The notes beneath the pieces are model-generated. The model did no database searches. It saw only the letters and a list, made by a program, of their open reading frames with translations, and was not told the origin of the DNA. From assembly GCF_053078305.1 (NCBI RefSeq), contig NZ_CP166879.1: DNA of 64,000 nucleotides; one strand, written 5' to 3'. The number at the start of each line of letters is the position of its first letter. Position 1 is the first letter of the stretch. Below are positions 34,094 to 46,379 of this stretch, piece by piece. The position numbers and the translations under genes were made by a program.

Positions 34094-34867
34094 TCAGGCG
34101 TCGACTTTATCCAGCGGCCATGAATCAAACAGATAGCCGTCAAAATAAATATCGTCAACGTTCGAGAATTCCAGCAGACGTTGCTTAACGTTTTCCAGAT
34201 GCTGCCACATTGCCAGCTTCGCCGCTCGGGCATCTTTTTTGATTAACGCGGCGAGGATCTGTTTGTGATCGCCCAACCACTCTTTACGATACAGGCTGTC
34301 ATCCAGATGGCTGTGCAACTGGATCCACATTGGATTGTTTTCCCGCCACTGCCAGGACTGACGGAATAACTCCACCAGCATGCTGTTATGCGTTGCTTCG
34401 GCAATAGCGAGATGGAACTGCATGTCACCGCTTTCGCTGCTGCCCGGCGCACTGGAAGCCAGTTCACGCTCTTCCAGTTGCAATGCCTGACGCATTTTGA
34501 CGATATCTTCGCGGGTAGCCTGCAGGGCGGCAAACTCGGCGATGTTACTTTCCAGTAACTGACGCGCCTGTAACAGCTCAAAAGGACCCGCATCATTGCA
34601 GACGTTGGCATCCGGACTGTCTGTGTTGTGGCTGCCTGAGCTATCAAGAACATAGATACCGGCACCCCGGCGCACTTCCACCAGCCCTTTGATCTCCAGC
34701 ATGATCAGCGCTTCACGTACCACCGTCCGCGTGACATCAAGCATTTCTGCAATTTCACGCTCCGGCGGCAGCCGTTCGCCAGGATTGTACGGCGTCTTTA
34801 TGATCAGATCGCGGATCATCGCCCCGACTTCCTGGTAAGGTCTTTGCGCAGAGGTGGCAGATTTCAT
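34094..34867 (-). CDS. uxuR: GntR/FadR-family repressor of the hexuronate regulon UxuR
   Basis: 257 aa, MKSATSAQRPYQEVGAMIRDLI…; matches UxuR. Confidence 0.8.
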   Translation of the reverse strand: MKSATSAQRPYQEVGAMIRDLIIKTPYNPGERLPPEREIAEMLDVTRTVVREALIMLEIKGLVEVRRGAGIYVLDSSGSHNTDSPDANVCNDAGPFELLQARQLLESNIAEFAALQATREDIVKMRQALQLEERELASSAPGSSESGDMQFHLAIAEATHNSMLVELFRQSWQWRENNPMWIQLHSHLDDSLYRKEWLGDHKQILAALIKKDARAAKLAMWQHLENVKQRLLEFSNVDDIYFDGYLFDSWPLDKVDA

Positions 34868-34904
34868 GGTGTTGTGTCCGTTAGGTGCGGTTAATCAAAT
34901 TTTT

Positions 34905-34937
34905 GCCGGATGCGGCGTGAACGCCTTATCCGGCCTA
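34905..34937. repeat. REP element
   Basis: GCCGGATGCGGCGTGAACGCCTTATCCGGCCTAC. Confidence 0.6.
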
Positions 34938-35081
34938 CAACGGGCAATTTTACGGCCCCCGTTAATCTCAAACTATACCATTAGCACTGGAAGTTGGCAC
35001 GTACAGGTGGGCAAAAAAACGAAAACTGGTCAACCAAATATCAGTTTGATTGACCAGTAAGTCTGTAGGGTAATCAGTTAG

Positions 35082-36542
35082 TTACAGCGCAGCCACACAC
35101 TCGCGCGCACCGCGTTCGCACAGCTGCTGATATGCCGCAGTCACCGCGCCAACAAAGTCGGCATTCTGCGGCAGATCATCGGCAAAAATACCGCTCAGGC
35201 CCAGCAGCGCTTTCACGCGGTCTGCGCCCTGATACTGCGCGTTAATCTTCTGGAACTCGGCCAGCATCGGGTCGACCACGTCAATGGCATTACCCTGCTC
35301 ATCCACGCCCTGGGTGTAACGCATCCAGCCAGCCACGCCCAGCGCCAGGTGACGCCAGCTGCCGCCGTTTTGCAGGTGCAGACGCACCGGATCCAACAGA
35401 CGCTGCGGTAACTTCTGGCTGCCGTCCATCGCAATCTGCCAGGTACGGTGACGCAGAGACGGGTTGCTGAAACGCTCGATCAGCAGCGTCGCATAGGCGT
35501 TCAGGTCCGTACCTTCCGGCATCGACAGCGTTGGCGCTTGTTCCTGCATCATCAGGGCAAAGGCCGCTTTGCGATAATCCGGGTTAGTCATGGTGTCGGC
35601 AATAGTTTCATAGCCGCCGAGGTAACCGAGGTATGCCAGGAAAGAGTGGCTGCCGTTCAGCATACGCAGTTTCATCATTTCGAACGGCACAACGTCTGCA
35701 ACGAACTGTGCGCCAACTTTATCCCAGTCCGGACGACCATTAACGAAGTTATCTTCAATCACCCACTGACGGAACGGTTCGCAGGCAATGGCGCACGGGT
35801 CGTAAACACCCAGCTGGTCAGCAATTTCCTGTAAGGTTTCTGGCGTCGCCGCCGGAACGATGCGGTCAACCATGGTGCACGGGAAGGTGACGTTCTCTTC
35901 AATCCATGCCGCCAGCTGCGGATCACGCGCCTGAGCCAGCCCCAGAACCGCGACCTTTGCCACATGACCGTTCTCACGCACGTTGTCGCAGGACATGACA
36001 GTAAACGCTTTCAGCCCTTTTTCACGACGCAGACGCAAGGCTTCGACGATGTAACCAATTGCAGACTTCGGCGCAGTCGGGTTTTCCAGATCGTGCTTGA
36101 TCAGCGGGTTATTGAGATCCAGTTGACCGCTTGCCGCATCAGCGCAGTAGCCTTTTTCCGTGACCGTCAGAGAGACAATCGCCGTTTGCGGACGCGCCAT
36201 CGCGTTGAGAATACCTTCGCAGCCGTCGATTTCCGGGTGCAGAGCTTCTTTCATCGAACCGATAATTTTCAGCTCGGTGCTTTCCGCGCCTTTTTCCGCC
36301 ACGGTGTACAGCAGTTGCTGTTTTTTCAGGTTTTCGATCAGCACGCGGTCGTTGCCTGGCATCAGGTTAACTTCGCAGATGCCCCAGTCGCTGTCGGTGC
36401 TTTCCAGCAGATGATGGGTATACAGCGCCTGGTGCGCGCGGTGAAACGCCCCGCAACCGAGATGCACAATGCGTGATTCCAGACGAGAATGATCCCATGA
36501 CGGGCGGGCAACCGGCAGATTGCTGTCAACAATAGTAGTCAT
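35082..36542 (-). CDS. uxuB: D-mannonate oxidoreductase
   Basis: 486-aa mannitol-dehydrogenase-family ORF in the uxuAB operon. Confidence 0.85.
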   Translation of the reverse strand: MTTIVDSNLPVARPSWDHSRLESRIVHLGCGAFHRAHQALYTHHLLESTDSDWGICEVNLMPGNDRVLIENLKKQQLLYTVAEKGAESTELKIIGSMKEALHPEIDGCEGILNAMARPQTAIVSLTVTEKGYCADAASGQLDLNNPLIKHDLENPTAPKSAIGYIVEALRLRREKGLKAFTVMSCDNVRENGHVAKVAVLGLAQARDPQLAAWIEENVTFPCTMVDRIVPAATPETLQEIADQLGVYDPCAIACEPFRQWVIEDNFVNGRPDWDKVGAQFVADVVPFEMMKLRMLNGSHSFLAYLGYLGGYETIADTMTNPDYRKAAFALMMQEQAPTLSMPEGTDLNAYATLLIERFSNPSLRHRTWQIAMDGSQKLPQRLLDPVRLHLQNGGSWRHLALGVAGWMRYTQGVDEQGNAIDVVDPMLAEFQKINAQYQGADRVKALLGLSGIFADDLPQNADFVGAVTAAYQQLCERGARECVAAL

Positions 36543-36622
36543 CGTAAACTCCAGAATCCGTCTTCAGAGAGTGACGGCAAGGAAGAAGGAACCGGCACGG
36601 CGCGCAGCCATGCCGGTGGGTA

Positions 36623-37807
36623 TTAACGGCTAAAGAAAGCGCGCTGAATCGCCAGTTCGACACCGCGAACTTCGGCCAGGCCTTTCAGACGACCAATTGC
36701 GGAGTAACCTGGGTTGGTTTTCTTCTTCAGGTCGTCCAGCATCTGATGACCGTGGTCCGGACGCATCGGGATCAGGTCTTCTTTGCCTTCCGCTTTACGA
36801 CGGTGTTCTTCTTCAACAATCGCTTTCACCACTTCGTACATATCAACGTCACCGTTCAGGTGCGCCGCTTCGTGGAAGGTTTTCGGGTTATCTTCACGCA
36901 TGGTGGAGCGCAGATGGGTGAAGTAAATACGCGGACCGAACTGCTTGATCATATCAACCAGATCGTTGTCAGCACGCACGCCGTAGGAACCGGTGCACAT
37001 GGTGAAACCGTTCGCCATGCTGTTTACGGTATCAACCATCCACTGCATATCTTCAATGGTGGAAACAATGCGCGGCAGGCCGAGGATCGGGCGCGGCGGA
37101 TCGTCCGGGTGAACCGCCATACGCACGCCAACTTCTTCAGCAACTGGAATAATCGCTTTCAGGAAGACCGCAAAGTTTTCGCGCAGCTTCGCTTTATCGA
37201 TATCTTTGTACAGCTCCAGGTGCTTACGGAACTGGTCGAGGGTATACCCTTCTTCCGCGCCCGGCAGACCGGCAATGATGTTACGGGTCAGACGCGCTTT
37301 GTCTTCGTCGCTCATGGTGGCGAAGCGTTCTGCGGCCTGAGCAATTTCTTCTTCGGTGTAATCCGCTTCCGCGCCTGGACGTTTCAGGATATGCATTTCG
37401 AATGCAGCGAATTCGATCTGGTCGAAGCGCAGAGCTTTGGAGCCGTCTGGCAGCACGTATTCGAGGTCAGTACGGGTCCAGTCGAGCACCGGCATGAAGT
37501 TGTAGCACACGGTGCGAATGCCACACTGCGCCAGGTTGCGCAGAGTCTGCTGATAGTTAGCGATCCACTGCTCATAGTTACCAGTGTGGGTTTTGATATC
37601 TTCGTGAATTGGTACGCTTTCTACGACAGACCACACCAGGCCTGCGTCTTCAACGATCGCCTTGCGTTTGAGGATCTCTTCTACGGACCATACTTCGCCG
37701 TTCGGGATATGGTGCAGCGCGGTAACCACGCCAGTTGCGCCCGCCTGACGGACATCAGCTAAAGAAACCGGATCGTTTGGGCCGTACCAGCGCCAGGTCT
37801 GTTCCAT
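36623..37807 (-). CDS. uxuA: Mannonate dehydratase
   Basis: 394 aa from [28 protein letters not shown]…. Confidence 0.85.
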
Positions 37808-38146
37808 GATTTTTCCTCTTTCACATAGTGGGTTCCACAGCAAAGAGACGCGGAACCCTGGAGTTGTTTAGGTATCCGGATGAACAACCAGACCGCAGCC
37901 GTGGCGTTGCATCGGATGAGATGGCGTATAAGTTCTACCTTTTGGTAAGACATGTCAACCCGAATTCTAAAATTGGTTAACCACATCACAAGAATTTCAC
38001 TCTCATGGTTGTTGCTGCAAATTGCAGCAAAGGGTAATCGATGGTTATTGATCAGAGGATGTGACATTCATCGCAACAATGGTTGACCAATTTACATAAC
38101 ATGTCGCCCAAAATAACAACGGTTCAACCAGGTAAGGTAAAACGTT

Positions 38147-39490
38147 ATGCATGTGCTTAACATTCTCTGGGTGGTATTCGGCATTGGTCTGATGCTGGTA
38201 CTGAATTTGAAGTTCAAAATCAATTCAATGGTGGCTTTGTTGGTGGCGGCGCTGTCCGTCGGGATGCTGGCGGGCATGGATTTGATGTCGCTGCTGCACA
38301 CCATGAAAGCGGGCTTCGGCAACACGCTGGGGGAACTGGCTATCATCGTGGTGTTCGGTGCGGTCATCGGTAAATTGATGGTCGACTCCGGCGCGGCTCA
38401 CCAGATAGCGCATACGCTGCTGGCGCGTCTCGGTCTGCGCTATGTACAGCTGTCAGTGATTATCATCGGCCTGATTTTTGGTCTGGCGATGTTCTATGAA
38501 GTGGCCTTTATCATGTTAGCGCCGCTGGTTATTGTTATTGCCGCCGAAGCTAAAATTCCGTTCCTGAAACTGGCGATCCCGGCAGTAGCAGCTGCCACTA
38601 CCGCACATTCACTGTTCCCACCGCAGCCGGGTCCGGTGGCGCTGGTGAATGCTTATGGCGCAGATATGGGGATGGTTTATATCTATGGCGTACTGGTGAC
38701 GATCCCAAGTGTAATCTGCGCAGGTCTGATCCTGCCGAAGTTCCTCGGCAATCTTGAGCGCCCAACGCCATCATTCCTGAAAGCAGATCAACCGGTAGAT
38801 ATGAACAATCTGCCCTCTTTCGGCGTTTCGATTCTGGTGCCGCTGATCCCGGCGATCATTATGATCTCTACCACCATCGCCAATATCTGGCTGGTAAAAG
38901 ATACCCCTGCCTGGGAAGTGGTTAACTTTATCGGTTCCTCGCCGATTGCAATGTTTATTGCGATGGTGGTTGCATTCGTACTCTTTGGCACCGCACGTGG
39001 TCATGACATGCAATGGGTGATGAACGCTTTTGAAAGTGCGGTGAAAAGCATTGCAATGGTGATTCTGATCATCGGTGCGGGTGGCGTGCTGAAGCAAACT
39101 ATCATCGACACCGGCATTGGCGACACCATCGGCATGTTGATGTCCCACGGCAATATCTCGCCCTACATTATGGCATGGCTGATCACTGTGCTAATTCGTC
39201 TGGCGACGGGTCAGGGTGTCGTTTCGGCGATGACCGCCGCCGGGATTATCAGTGCTGCAATCCTTGATCCAGCAACTGGTCAGCTGATTGGCGTGAATCC
39301 GGCGCTGCTGGTGCTGGCGACGGCTGCGGGTTCCAACACCCTCACCCACATTAATGATGCCTCATTCTGGCTGTTCAAAGGTTACTTTGACCTGTCAGTA
39401 AAAGACACGTTGAAAACCTGGGGACTGCTGGAGCTGGTCAACTCCGTGGTTGGGCTGATTATTGTGTTGATTATTAGCATGGTAGCGTAA
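38147..39490 (+). CDS. gntP: Gluconate/fructuronate transporter GntP
   Basis: 447-aa GntP-family permease, divergent from uxuA. Confidence 0.8.
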   Translation: MHVLNILWVVFGIGLMLVLNLKFKINSMVALLVAALSVGMLAGMDLMSLLHTMKAGFGNTLGELAIIVVFGAVIGKLMVDSGAAHQIAHTLLARLGLRYVQLSVIIIGLIFGLAMFYEVAFIMLAPLVIVIAAEAKIPFLKLAIPAVAAATTAHSLFPPQPGPVALVNAYGADMGMVYIYGVLVTIPSVICAGLILPKFLGNLERPTPSFLKADQPVDMNNLPSFGVSILVPLIPAIIMISTTIANIWLVKDTPAWEVVNFIGSSPIAMFIAMVVAFVLFGTARGHDMQWVMNAFESAVKSIAMVILIIGAGGVLKQTIIDTGIGDTIGMLMSHGNISPYIMAWLITVLIRLATGQGVVSAMTAAGIISAAILDPATGQLIGVNPALLVLATAAGSNTLTHINDASFWLFKGYFDLSVKDTLKTWGLLELVNSVVGLIIVLIISMVA

Positions 39491-39555
39491 AAGAACACCA
39501 GAGCCTGCCAATGGCAGGCTCAGTTCGGATTGTCGGCAAAGTGCGCTTTGTTTAT

Positions 39556-39591
39556 GCCAGATGCGACGCTGACGCGTCTTATCTGGCCTAC
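39556..39591. repeat. REP element
   Basis: GCCAGATGCGACGCTGACGCGTCTTATCTGGCCTAC, preceded by a GCCTGCC…GGCAGGC hairpin after gntP. Confidence 0.55.
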
Positions 39592-39664
39592 AAAGGGCTA
39601 ACGTGCAGGTTTTTAGCTTCAGGTAATATTTGCGTACCTGCATTAGCAATGCCCTGTGATTTCT

Positions 39665-40567
39665 TTATTGATAAACAAAAGTCACGCCAATAATCGATTG
39701 CACATTCCCTGCAGTCACCTGCCCTCCGGTACGTGCGTAATTTGCCGTTAATCCCAGACTTACCGCCGAAGTTCCTACTGCTCCTAACGATACCGTGTTA
39801 TTCGCTGGAATAATCGTACCGTTGCGCGTCAACTGTACGCCGACGCCCTGCGCTGGTGAAAACGACGCGGTATTGGTGAAAATCGAGTTGCCCGCATCTG
39901 CGGTTGTGCCGGAGAGGTAATACCCCAGGTTTTGGCTTTTCGCACAATAAACGGTAAGAGGAATTGGCACTGAACCAGGGTAGTCCGGCAGAGTAACAGT
40001 GACATCACGAGCAGAAACATCGCAGCCGCCAGTAGGCACCACCACATCATTATTGGCGTAAATATTCCACACAAACTGGAAATCATCGCTGTTATAGTTG
40101 TTGGTCTGTCGCAAAATAAGCACGGCAATTAATGAGCCAGCTTTAATCGCCACCCCGCCCGCACTGCTCACAGGCGTCAAATAAAGCGCCACCGGCCACG
40201 GCTTATCCGTTCTCGAATTATAAACAACCCGCGGCGTTTCGCTGGTGGTCGGAAATGGATAGCTACTGCCACTATATTTTACGGTCCCGGAAAAATTAGA
40301 TAACACGCCGCCATAAGCCGAGCCTCGTTGCAGTGTGACATAGTCTGTAATGGTTTCCGGATAATCGTTATGGCAAAAGATTTGCGTCGAAAGATCTACG
40401 ACCAGGTTTTGCCCCACATTCACGGCAGGCGCAAGGTTTACATAAACATTAGCGCTGCCACCGCCAATAGGGATAGCGGTACCATTGGCGGTTTTACAGG
40501 CGAATGACCAGGCATTTACCGACCAGCCCATCAGCAGTACAGCAAACAGGGTAATAACTCGTTTCAT
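39665..40567 (-). CDS. fimH: Type 1 fimbrial mannose-binding adhesin FimH
   Basis: 300 aa, MKRVITLFAVLLMGWSVNAWSFACKTANGTAIPIGGG…. Confidence 0.9.
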   Translation of the reverse strand: MKRVITLFAVLLMGWSVNAWSFACKTANGTAIPIGGGSANVYVNLAPAVNVGQNLVVDLSTQIFCHNDYPETITDYVTLQRGSAYGGVLSNFSGTVKYSGSSYPFPTTSETPRVVYNSRTDKPWPVALYLTPVSSAGGVAIKAGSLIAVLILRQTNNYNSDDFQFVWNIYANNDVVVPTGGCDVSARDVTVTLPDYPGSVPIPLTVYCAKSQNLGYYLSGTTADAGNSIFTNTASFSPAQGVGVQLTRNGTIIPANNTVSLGAVGTSAVSLGLTANYARTGGQVTAGNVQSIIGVTFVYQ

Positions 40568-40586
40568 TACAATTATCTCTTCGGGT

Positions 40587-41090
40587 TCAGCTGTAGGTAT
40601 AGGTGATGCTAATCACTGCCTGAATGGTTCCCTGAGTGGCTCCGCCATTTACCGTCAATGCTCTGACCTGTAACGGGAAGTGCGCTGATTGTGAGGAATC
40701 ATCCACCTGAACTGTTTTGGTTGCGCCAGTATTCAATGTGTTGCCACTGTCATCCTGTAGCTCTAACTGGATGTTTTGCGCGGTCCCCTGGTTTTTATAA
40801 TATCCGGTACTGTCGGCTGCCCCGCTGAAGCTGGCAGTGACCCTCGACGTTCCCACCGGACAATTAGTCAACTCAAGCGCAACATCATGCCAGGCCGATG
40901 CCGCCCCGGCAGACATCAGACTGAAAGAATAAAGATCGCCGAGATCAACCGTGGCATTGGTGGTGGAAACTGTGCACGGTTTGGCGACGACCTTACCGTT
41001 CACCGTGATGGTGACATCAGCTGCCTGTATCGTCGCACTTGCGAGCGCCAATATTGCCGCCAATAAATACCCACGTTTGCGCCATTTCAT
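40587..41090 (-). CDS. fimG: Type 1 fimbrial minor subunit FimG
   Basis: 167 aa from MKWRKRGYLLAAILALASATIQA…. Confidence 0.85.
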   Translation of the reverse strand: MKWRKRGYLLAAILALASATIQAADVTITVNGKVVAKPCTVSTTNATVDLGDLYSFSLMSAGAASAWHDVALELTNCPVGTSRVTASFSGAADSTGYYKNQGTAQNIQLELQDDSGNTLNTGATKTVQVDDSSQSAHFPLQVRALTVNGGATQGTIQAVISITYTYS

Positions 41091-41102
41091 GAGCATCTCC
41101 AG

Positions 41103-41633
41103 TTACTGATATTCGAGAGTGAAGGTAGCCGTGGCATTGATATGCCCCGCAGTGACAGGCACCTGTGTCGCCATTAGCCGGGCGTAAAAATTCAACGTAT
41201 TTGGTTTACCCGGCGTCAGGGTCGTCCACGAAATCGCGGACGATGGAGCATTAAGGGGTATCTGATTTTGCTGCTCATTCAGAAGCTGTATTCCCAGTCC
41301 CGAAGCCGCTGACACCGTATTTTCAAGTGCAAGCAGGTTGGCATTGTGGCTATCTGCAACGCCGGTAAACCCAACCTTTACGGCAGAAACGGCGTTACCA
41401 CAGGGTGACAGCAAAATACGAAATGGAACGACAGGAGTCGTTGCGCCAATGTTGTTAAATTGCTTCGCCGCGTTTTCCATCAGATCAACAGTAAAATTGG
41501 CTGATTCAGCGGCCACACTACAGCCGTTATCTCTGACATAGCCGCGGATAGTAATCGTGCTATCCGCAGCCAAAACGCGACTTACCGCCAGCCACAAAAA
41601 AGCGCACAGAAGATAAAAAGGTTTGTTTCTCAT
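41103..41633 (-). CDS. fimF: Type 1 fimbrial minor subunit FimF
   Basis: 176 aa from [18 protein letters not shown]…. Confidence 0.85.
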   Translation of the reverse strand: MRNKPFYLLCAFLWLAVSRVLAADSTITIRGYVRDNGCSVAAESANFTVDLMENAAKQFNNIGATTPVVPFRILLSPCGNAVSAVKVGFTGVADSHNANLLALENTVSAASGLGIQLLNEQQNQIPLNAPSSAISWTTLTPGKPNTLNFYARLMATQVPVTAGHINATATFTLEYQ

Positions 41634-41642
41634 CACGCCCCC

Positions 41643-44279
41643 TTAACGACATTCAGCTGATAGCTGGGTTAATAACTGCTGCTGACTCTCTGGTGGCAGT
41701 TGATAATTGGCGACACAGTGAGCATTTTCCTCTTCTCCCCATTTCACCTGAACTTTTCCCGCTAGAGGCATTCCGCTGAGGTAAACCTGACCATTATCCG
41801 CAACAATGCCGCTACTCTGGCTACTCTCTGATGTCACCATCGCCCCGAACGGCAGCGGCTTATTATTGTGGGTTAGCGTCATGAGCAGTTTTATCCCAAC
41901 GCGCGCTTTAAACTCTGCTCGCACGATCGCCCCACGAGTGGGAACAACGTTAGCGACCGCGTTATCTAAATCGACGTTATCAGCCAGGGTATTGGTATCC
42001 AGCGCCACTCTGTTTTCCCGATATTCGGTGGCATAAGGCAGCACGGCATAACCGCGCCAGTCGGTACGCACCCCCGTCTGGTTTTCGACTTTTGCATCTT
42101 TTGCGCCAGGCGCTTTAACAAGTACCACCGTATCGTTTAACGGCTGCCCCAGCGTTACACCATTGGCATGAGCCAGTACCCCACCGCTGACTCCGTAATA
42201 GAGCTGCTTAATATCATCGCTATGGCTGTAACCGATATTGGCATTGCCGTAACCACCGCGATAATTCAGCGTGGTGTAGCCTGTACTTCCGCTATTACCA
42301 TCGCCTCCCCCGGCATAGCCGGTTTGCACGCTATAACTGAGGTTGTTGTCTTCCAGCAACGTACCGTATACACCAGCCAGATTGGTCATCCGACCGTTGA
42401 GATCGTGTGACATGCTGTAGCTGGCACTGGCATGTCGCCACTGAGATTTACTGTCAGAACGCAGCCAGTGGCTGAAAGGAATATTGACGTTAAGCGCTAA
42501 CATCTGATCCCGTCCTTTTTGCCAGGCGTTTTTCGTCAGGCTATAGCTGAGCGTCCAGTTGATATCTTCGAACGCAGTATTTAATCCAGCCTGGAATTGC
42601 TCATCGACATTACTCGTTCCCCAATAAGTTTGATGGCTACCACTCAAATACAGTGTTGATGTGCGCCCGAGTTGCTGAGTAACGGTGAGCTGTAATTTCC
42701 CGCGTTTGTTATAAGCGAGGTTGTAATAGTCGGTGAATTTCGGCTTAACCTGAATAACTCCGTCCTGTGTTTCGATGTTGTAGCCATTCATTCGACTGTA
42801 TGTTGTATCAGCGAAATTAAAATATCCGCTGGTCGAATAACGGTAACCCACTAACTGAATATTCGTGCCTGACTCATTGAGCGATTTGTTATAGAGAAAA
42901 CGCACCGATTGTCCGTCATGCTGACTGTCATCGGGAAGTGTGGAATTAGCCTGCGTCATATCCACAGACAGAGCGCCCAGTGCCCCCATGTTTTTCCCGA
43001 TACCGAAATTAAAAGCACGATAACGATCCGCCAGTTGCGTTCCACCATATATTGTCCAGCCAGCCGGAAGGCCGTGGAGTAATGTACTCTGGAAAAAGCG
43101 GGTTTTTTCCTGCTGCGCATTTCCACTACGGTATTCTCCTGCCGTAATGGAATAACGAGTATGCCCTTCACGTTGCAAAAGCGGGACTGACGAATAGGGT
43201 ACGGTAAAAATCTGCGTGCTGCCGTCAGCCTCTTTGATCGTTACCTGCAAGTCACCACTATTACCTGCGGCATAGATATCGTTGATGGTAAAAGGCCCCG
43301 GTGGCACCGTACTATTATAAATGTCATACCCATTTTGTTTAATAGTGACCTGTGCAGTACCACGAGCAATACCGTGGATCACCGGGGCAAATCCTCTTTG
43401 GCTATCGGGTAACATATTGTCATCTGAGGCCAATTGTGCGCCGCGAAAGTTAATACCATCGAAAATATCGCCCTGAGTATAACCATCACCCAGCGTCAGC
43501 CGGGAACGTAAAGGAATTATGTCTCGCTCAAGCCAGGTATTGATATGCTGCCATTTATTTTTGCTACCTGATGAACTGTCGCTACTGTTATAACTCCAGG
43601 TGGTATTGTCGCGTAAACGCCACGCACCAATATTTAACCCACTCTGTAGGTTTAAATATGCATAATGGCTGTTACCCCCAATCCGATTCTGTACACTATT
43701 TCCGCTGAAATTATAATTGAGCAATCCGGCATTAATACCAGGATCCCATAACTCAGGAGGAATATAACCACGCGCGCGATTACTCATAAATGCCTGAGGG
43801 ATCGTCAGGTTCAGTCGCTGCTGACCAACATCTAAATGCGCAGTAGCGTCCTGGACCATTGTGGTTAATGGCACACAGGCATCATCCGCCAGCAGATTCA
43901 TACCGGCGACAGAAGCCGTATTCAGCCCCATACTGGCAAGTTGCGCGCGTGTCAGGCAGGGAACAATCCCTTGTTCACTGTCGCCCGTATTAAATGTGAC
44001 ATCACGCGTTGCCATATAACCATTATTCAAATAGATATCGACACGATACGTCCCTGGCGGTAATTCTTGCCCATTTTCAAAACGCGATAAATCGGCCACA
44101 GCCTGGGGATCATCCGCTAAAAAACGCGGGTTAAAATAGAGTTCGGCAGATGACAAAGGTGCCTGTGCGGCAAAAGCACAGGCAACAAAGAGCCGGACAA
44201 AAAAACCAGCCAAACGATGCTTACGAATATGCAAGCATTGTGTGTTTCGCTGGTAAAGTCTTAAATTCAGATATGACAT
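41643..44279 (-). CDS. fimD: Outer-membrane usher FimD
   Basis: 878-aa usher at the conserved position. Confidence 0.9.
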   Translation of the reverse strand: MSYLNLRLYQRNTQCLHIRKHRLAGFFVRLFVACAFAAQAPLSSAELYFNPRFLADDPQAVADLSRFENGQELPPGTYRVDIYLNNGYMATRDVTFNTGDSEQGIVPCLTRAQLASMGLNTASVAGMNLLADDACVPLTTMVQDATAHLDVGQQRLNLTIPQAFMSNRARGYIPPELWDPGINAGLLNYNFSGNSVQNRIGGNSHYAYLNLQSGLNIGAWRLRDNTTWSYNSSDSSSGSKNKWQHINTWLERDIIPLRSRLTLGDGYTQGDIFDGINFRGAQLASDDNMLPDSQRGFAPVIHGIARGTAQVTIKQNGYDIYNSTVPPGPFTINDIYAAGNSGDLQVTIKEADGSTQIFTVPYSSVPLLQREGHTRYSITAGEYRSGNAQQEKTRFFQSTLLHGLPAGWTIYGGTQLADRYRAFNFGIGKNMGALGALSVDMTQANSTLPDDSQHDGQSVRFLYNKSLNESGTNIQLVGYRYSTSGYFNFADTTYSRMNGYNIETQDGVIQVKPKFTDYYNLAYNKRGKLQLTVTQQLGRTSTLYLSGSHQTYWGTSNVDEQFQAGLNTAFEDINWTLSYSLTKNAWQKGRDQMLALNVNIPFSHWLRSDSKSQWRHASASYSMSHDLNGRMTNLAGVYGTLLEDNNLSYSVQTGYAGGGDGNSGSTGYTTLNYRGGYGNANIGYSHSDDIKQLYYGVSGGVLAHANGVTLGQPLNDTVVLVKAPGAKDAKVENQTGVRTDWRGYAVLPYATEYRENRVALDTNTLADNVDLDNAVANVVPTRGAIVRAEFKARVGIKLLMTLTHNNKPLPFGAMVTSESSQSSGIVADNGQVYLSGMPLAGKVQVKWGEEENAHCVANYQLPPESQQQLLTQLSAECR

Positions 44280-44345
44280 TATTCCTCCGGTTTAAAATCA
44301 CCCGGCAGTCAATTCTTTTTATTCAGGCGAAAAATTCCCCCTGCG

Positions 44346-45071
44346 TTATTCCATTATGCCCGTCATTTTGGGGGTAAGTGCGCCATAATCATTTATTGTT
44401 CGGTAAGTAATATTGCTTCCTGCATCAGAAGGCAATTTAACCGTGCTTTCGCCCATTGGAGGCACCAAGGCATTTTCAAGAACCCGGGTTCCGGCATTCA
44501 ACTCTGTTACCGTCAGGTAATAGGGTGTCGGGTTAATCAGCGTCAGAGAATTCGCGCTACGACGAAATCTTAATTTTTCTGCGGCCTGATCGGATGGCAA
44601 CGCTAATTTAGCCGGACGATAGTACAGTTTAATGCGGCTGATAATTGCGAGCTGTAGCGTATTCTCAGTCAATTTTGATTTATCCATTGACGGAATCGCT
44701 TTAACGTTCATCCAGAATAAACTTTCCCGGTCCTGTGGCAATTGGTTATTTGTTGCATCAAGAATACGCAAGGTATTCTCTTTTTTTCCCTTCATCGCAA
44801 ACAGAGGAGGCGTCACGATAAAACGACCATCCTTTACACCATCGGCATTTTCCACCCATGATTGAATTAAATAGGTACTATTTTCATCATTATTTGTCAC
44901 GGCAAGTTGCACTTGTTTTTGCCCTGCCGGATAAATTACGCGAGTCGCACCTAAGGCCACTCCCGCTTCAGCGCGTCCGGCAACCATCATTGCCATGAAC
45001 ATCAGGATACCTGCCAGCAAGCAGAATGTTATTTCCTGCGATTTCCTTACATTGACGTTTTTATTACTCAC
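44346..45071 (-). CDS. fimC: Periplasmic chaperone FimC
   Basis: 241-aa PapD-like chaperone. Confidence 0.9.
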   Translation of the reverse strand: MSNKNVNVRKSQEITFCLLAGILMFMAMMVAGRAEAGVALGATRVIYPAGQKQVQLAVTNNDENSTYLIQSWVENADGVKDGRFIVTPPLFAMKGKKENTLRILDATNNQLPQDRESLFWMNVKAIPSMDKSKLTENTLQLAIISRIKLYYRPAKLALPSDQAAEKLRFRRSANSLTLINPTPYYLTVTELNAGTRVLENALVPPMGESTVKLPSDAGSNITYRTINDYGALTPKMTGIME

Positions 45072-45107
45072 TGTCCTGTTCCTGTTATCACATTATCTGC
45101 TGAACAA

Positions 45108-45647
45108 TTACTGATAGGTTAAAGAGAACCAGGCCTGGGCATTGGCGATGCCGCCAGTAACCCGACGCCCGGTAGCACGATATTTGGCGATGAAATGTAG
45201 CGAAGTAGAGCCTGAGTAAAGCCGTTTCCAGTTTGCTGGAGGACGATTAATCGGTACGAGGTTTCCTTCATCATCAAACAACGCTACGCCAATATTGGTG
45301 GCTATCCCTGGCCCCTCTCCCACGGAAAGCACATCCGGATTTTTACCATCCGCGACACCGTGAAACGCCACACCCACACGTTCACTCACCACCGTGCTAC
45401 ATTCCCGTAAATGAATAACAAAAGGCACCGGTGCGCTATCTTCCCCTACCGCATGAAACCGGTTACTGCTGATTTGCCCCATATTGACCGTCATTTGTTT
45501 ATCACCGGCTTCAATCCGGCAAGTTTCCGCAATAATGACGCCCTGAAATTGCATATTTCCGCCGGGCAACGTGGTATTCCATTTATTTCCGGCCAGAGCA
45601 AACATTGGCAGCAACGACGCTAATAGAAATAATCTCTTCCTTTTCAT
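45108..45647 (-). CDS. fimI: Fimbrin-like protein FimI
   Basis: 179 aa from [19 protein letters not shown]…; the longer ORF upstream is probably untranslated. Confidence 0.75.
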
Positions 45648-45711
45648 CGTTATTTTTATCGCACAAGGGTGGGCATCCCTGCCCGTAATGACGTCCCTGA
45701 ACCTGGGTAGG

Positions 45712-46260
45712 TTATTGATACTGAACCTTGAAGGTCGCATCCGCATTAGCTGCGCCAGGGGTTGCGACACCGGTTGCATAATAACGCGCCTGGAACGGAA
45801 TGGTGTTAGTACCGTTATTCAGGGTTGTTTGCTCACTGAATGTCGCACCATCCAGCGTCAGCGCAGCACCCGTTCTGTCCAGGATCTGCACACCAACGTT
45901 TGTTGCACTACCTGCAGCAGAACTCTGCAGAGCCAGAACGTTGGTATGAGTCGCATCAATCGCCGTACCTAAAAAGGCAACAGCGGCTTTTGATGCAACA
46001 TTGGTATCGCAATCATTCAGCTGAATGTTAAAACCGACAGCAGAACTGGTTGCTCCGTCCTGTGCCAGCGATGCGGTACGAACCTGTCCTAACTGAACGG
46101 TTTGATCCACAGAGCCTGCATCAACTGCGCAAGCGGCGTTAACAACTTCCCCTTTAAAGTGAACGGTCCCACCATTAACCGTCGTGGCAGCGGCCAGAGC
46201 CGCTGTAGAACTGAGGGACAGAGCCGACAGAACAACGATTGCCAGAGTTTTAATTTTCAT
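45712..46260 (-). CDS. fimA: Type 1 fimbrial major subunit FimA
   Basis: 182 aa from [23 protein letters not shown]…. Confidence 0.9.
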
Positions 46261-46379
46261 GCTGCTTTCCTTTAAAAAAACTATTTCTAAATCGACATGG
46301 GCAGTCGTTCTGTACACTTTGTTTTGTCAACGAGTTTGACTGCCAACACTGCACAGTTTTCCCCCAAAAGATGAAACAT

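Noticed and set aside
36746-37762. 338-aa plus-strand ORF
   Set aside because: It lies entirely antisense within uxuA, which is clearly the real gene, and is an open antisense frame in GC-rich coding DNA.
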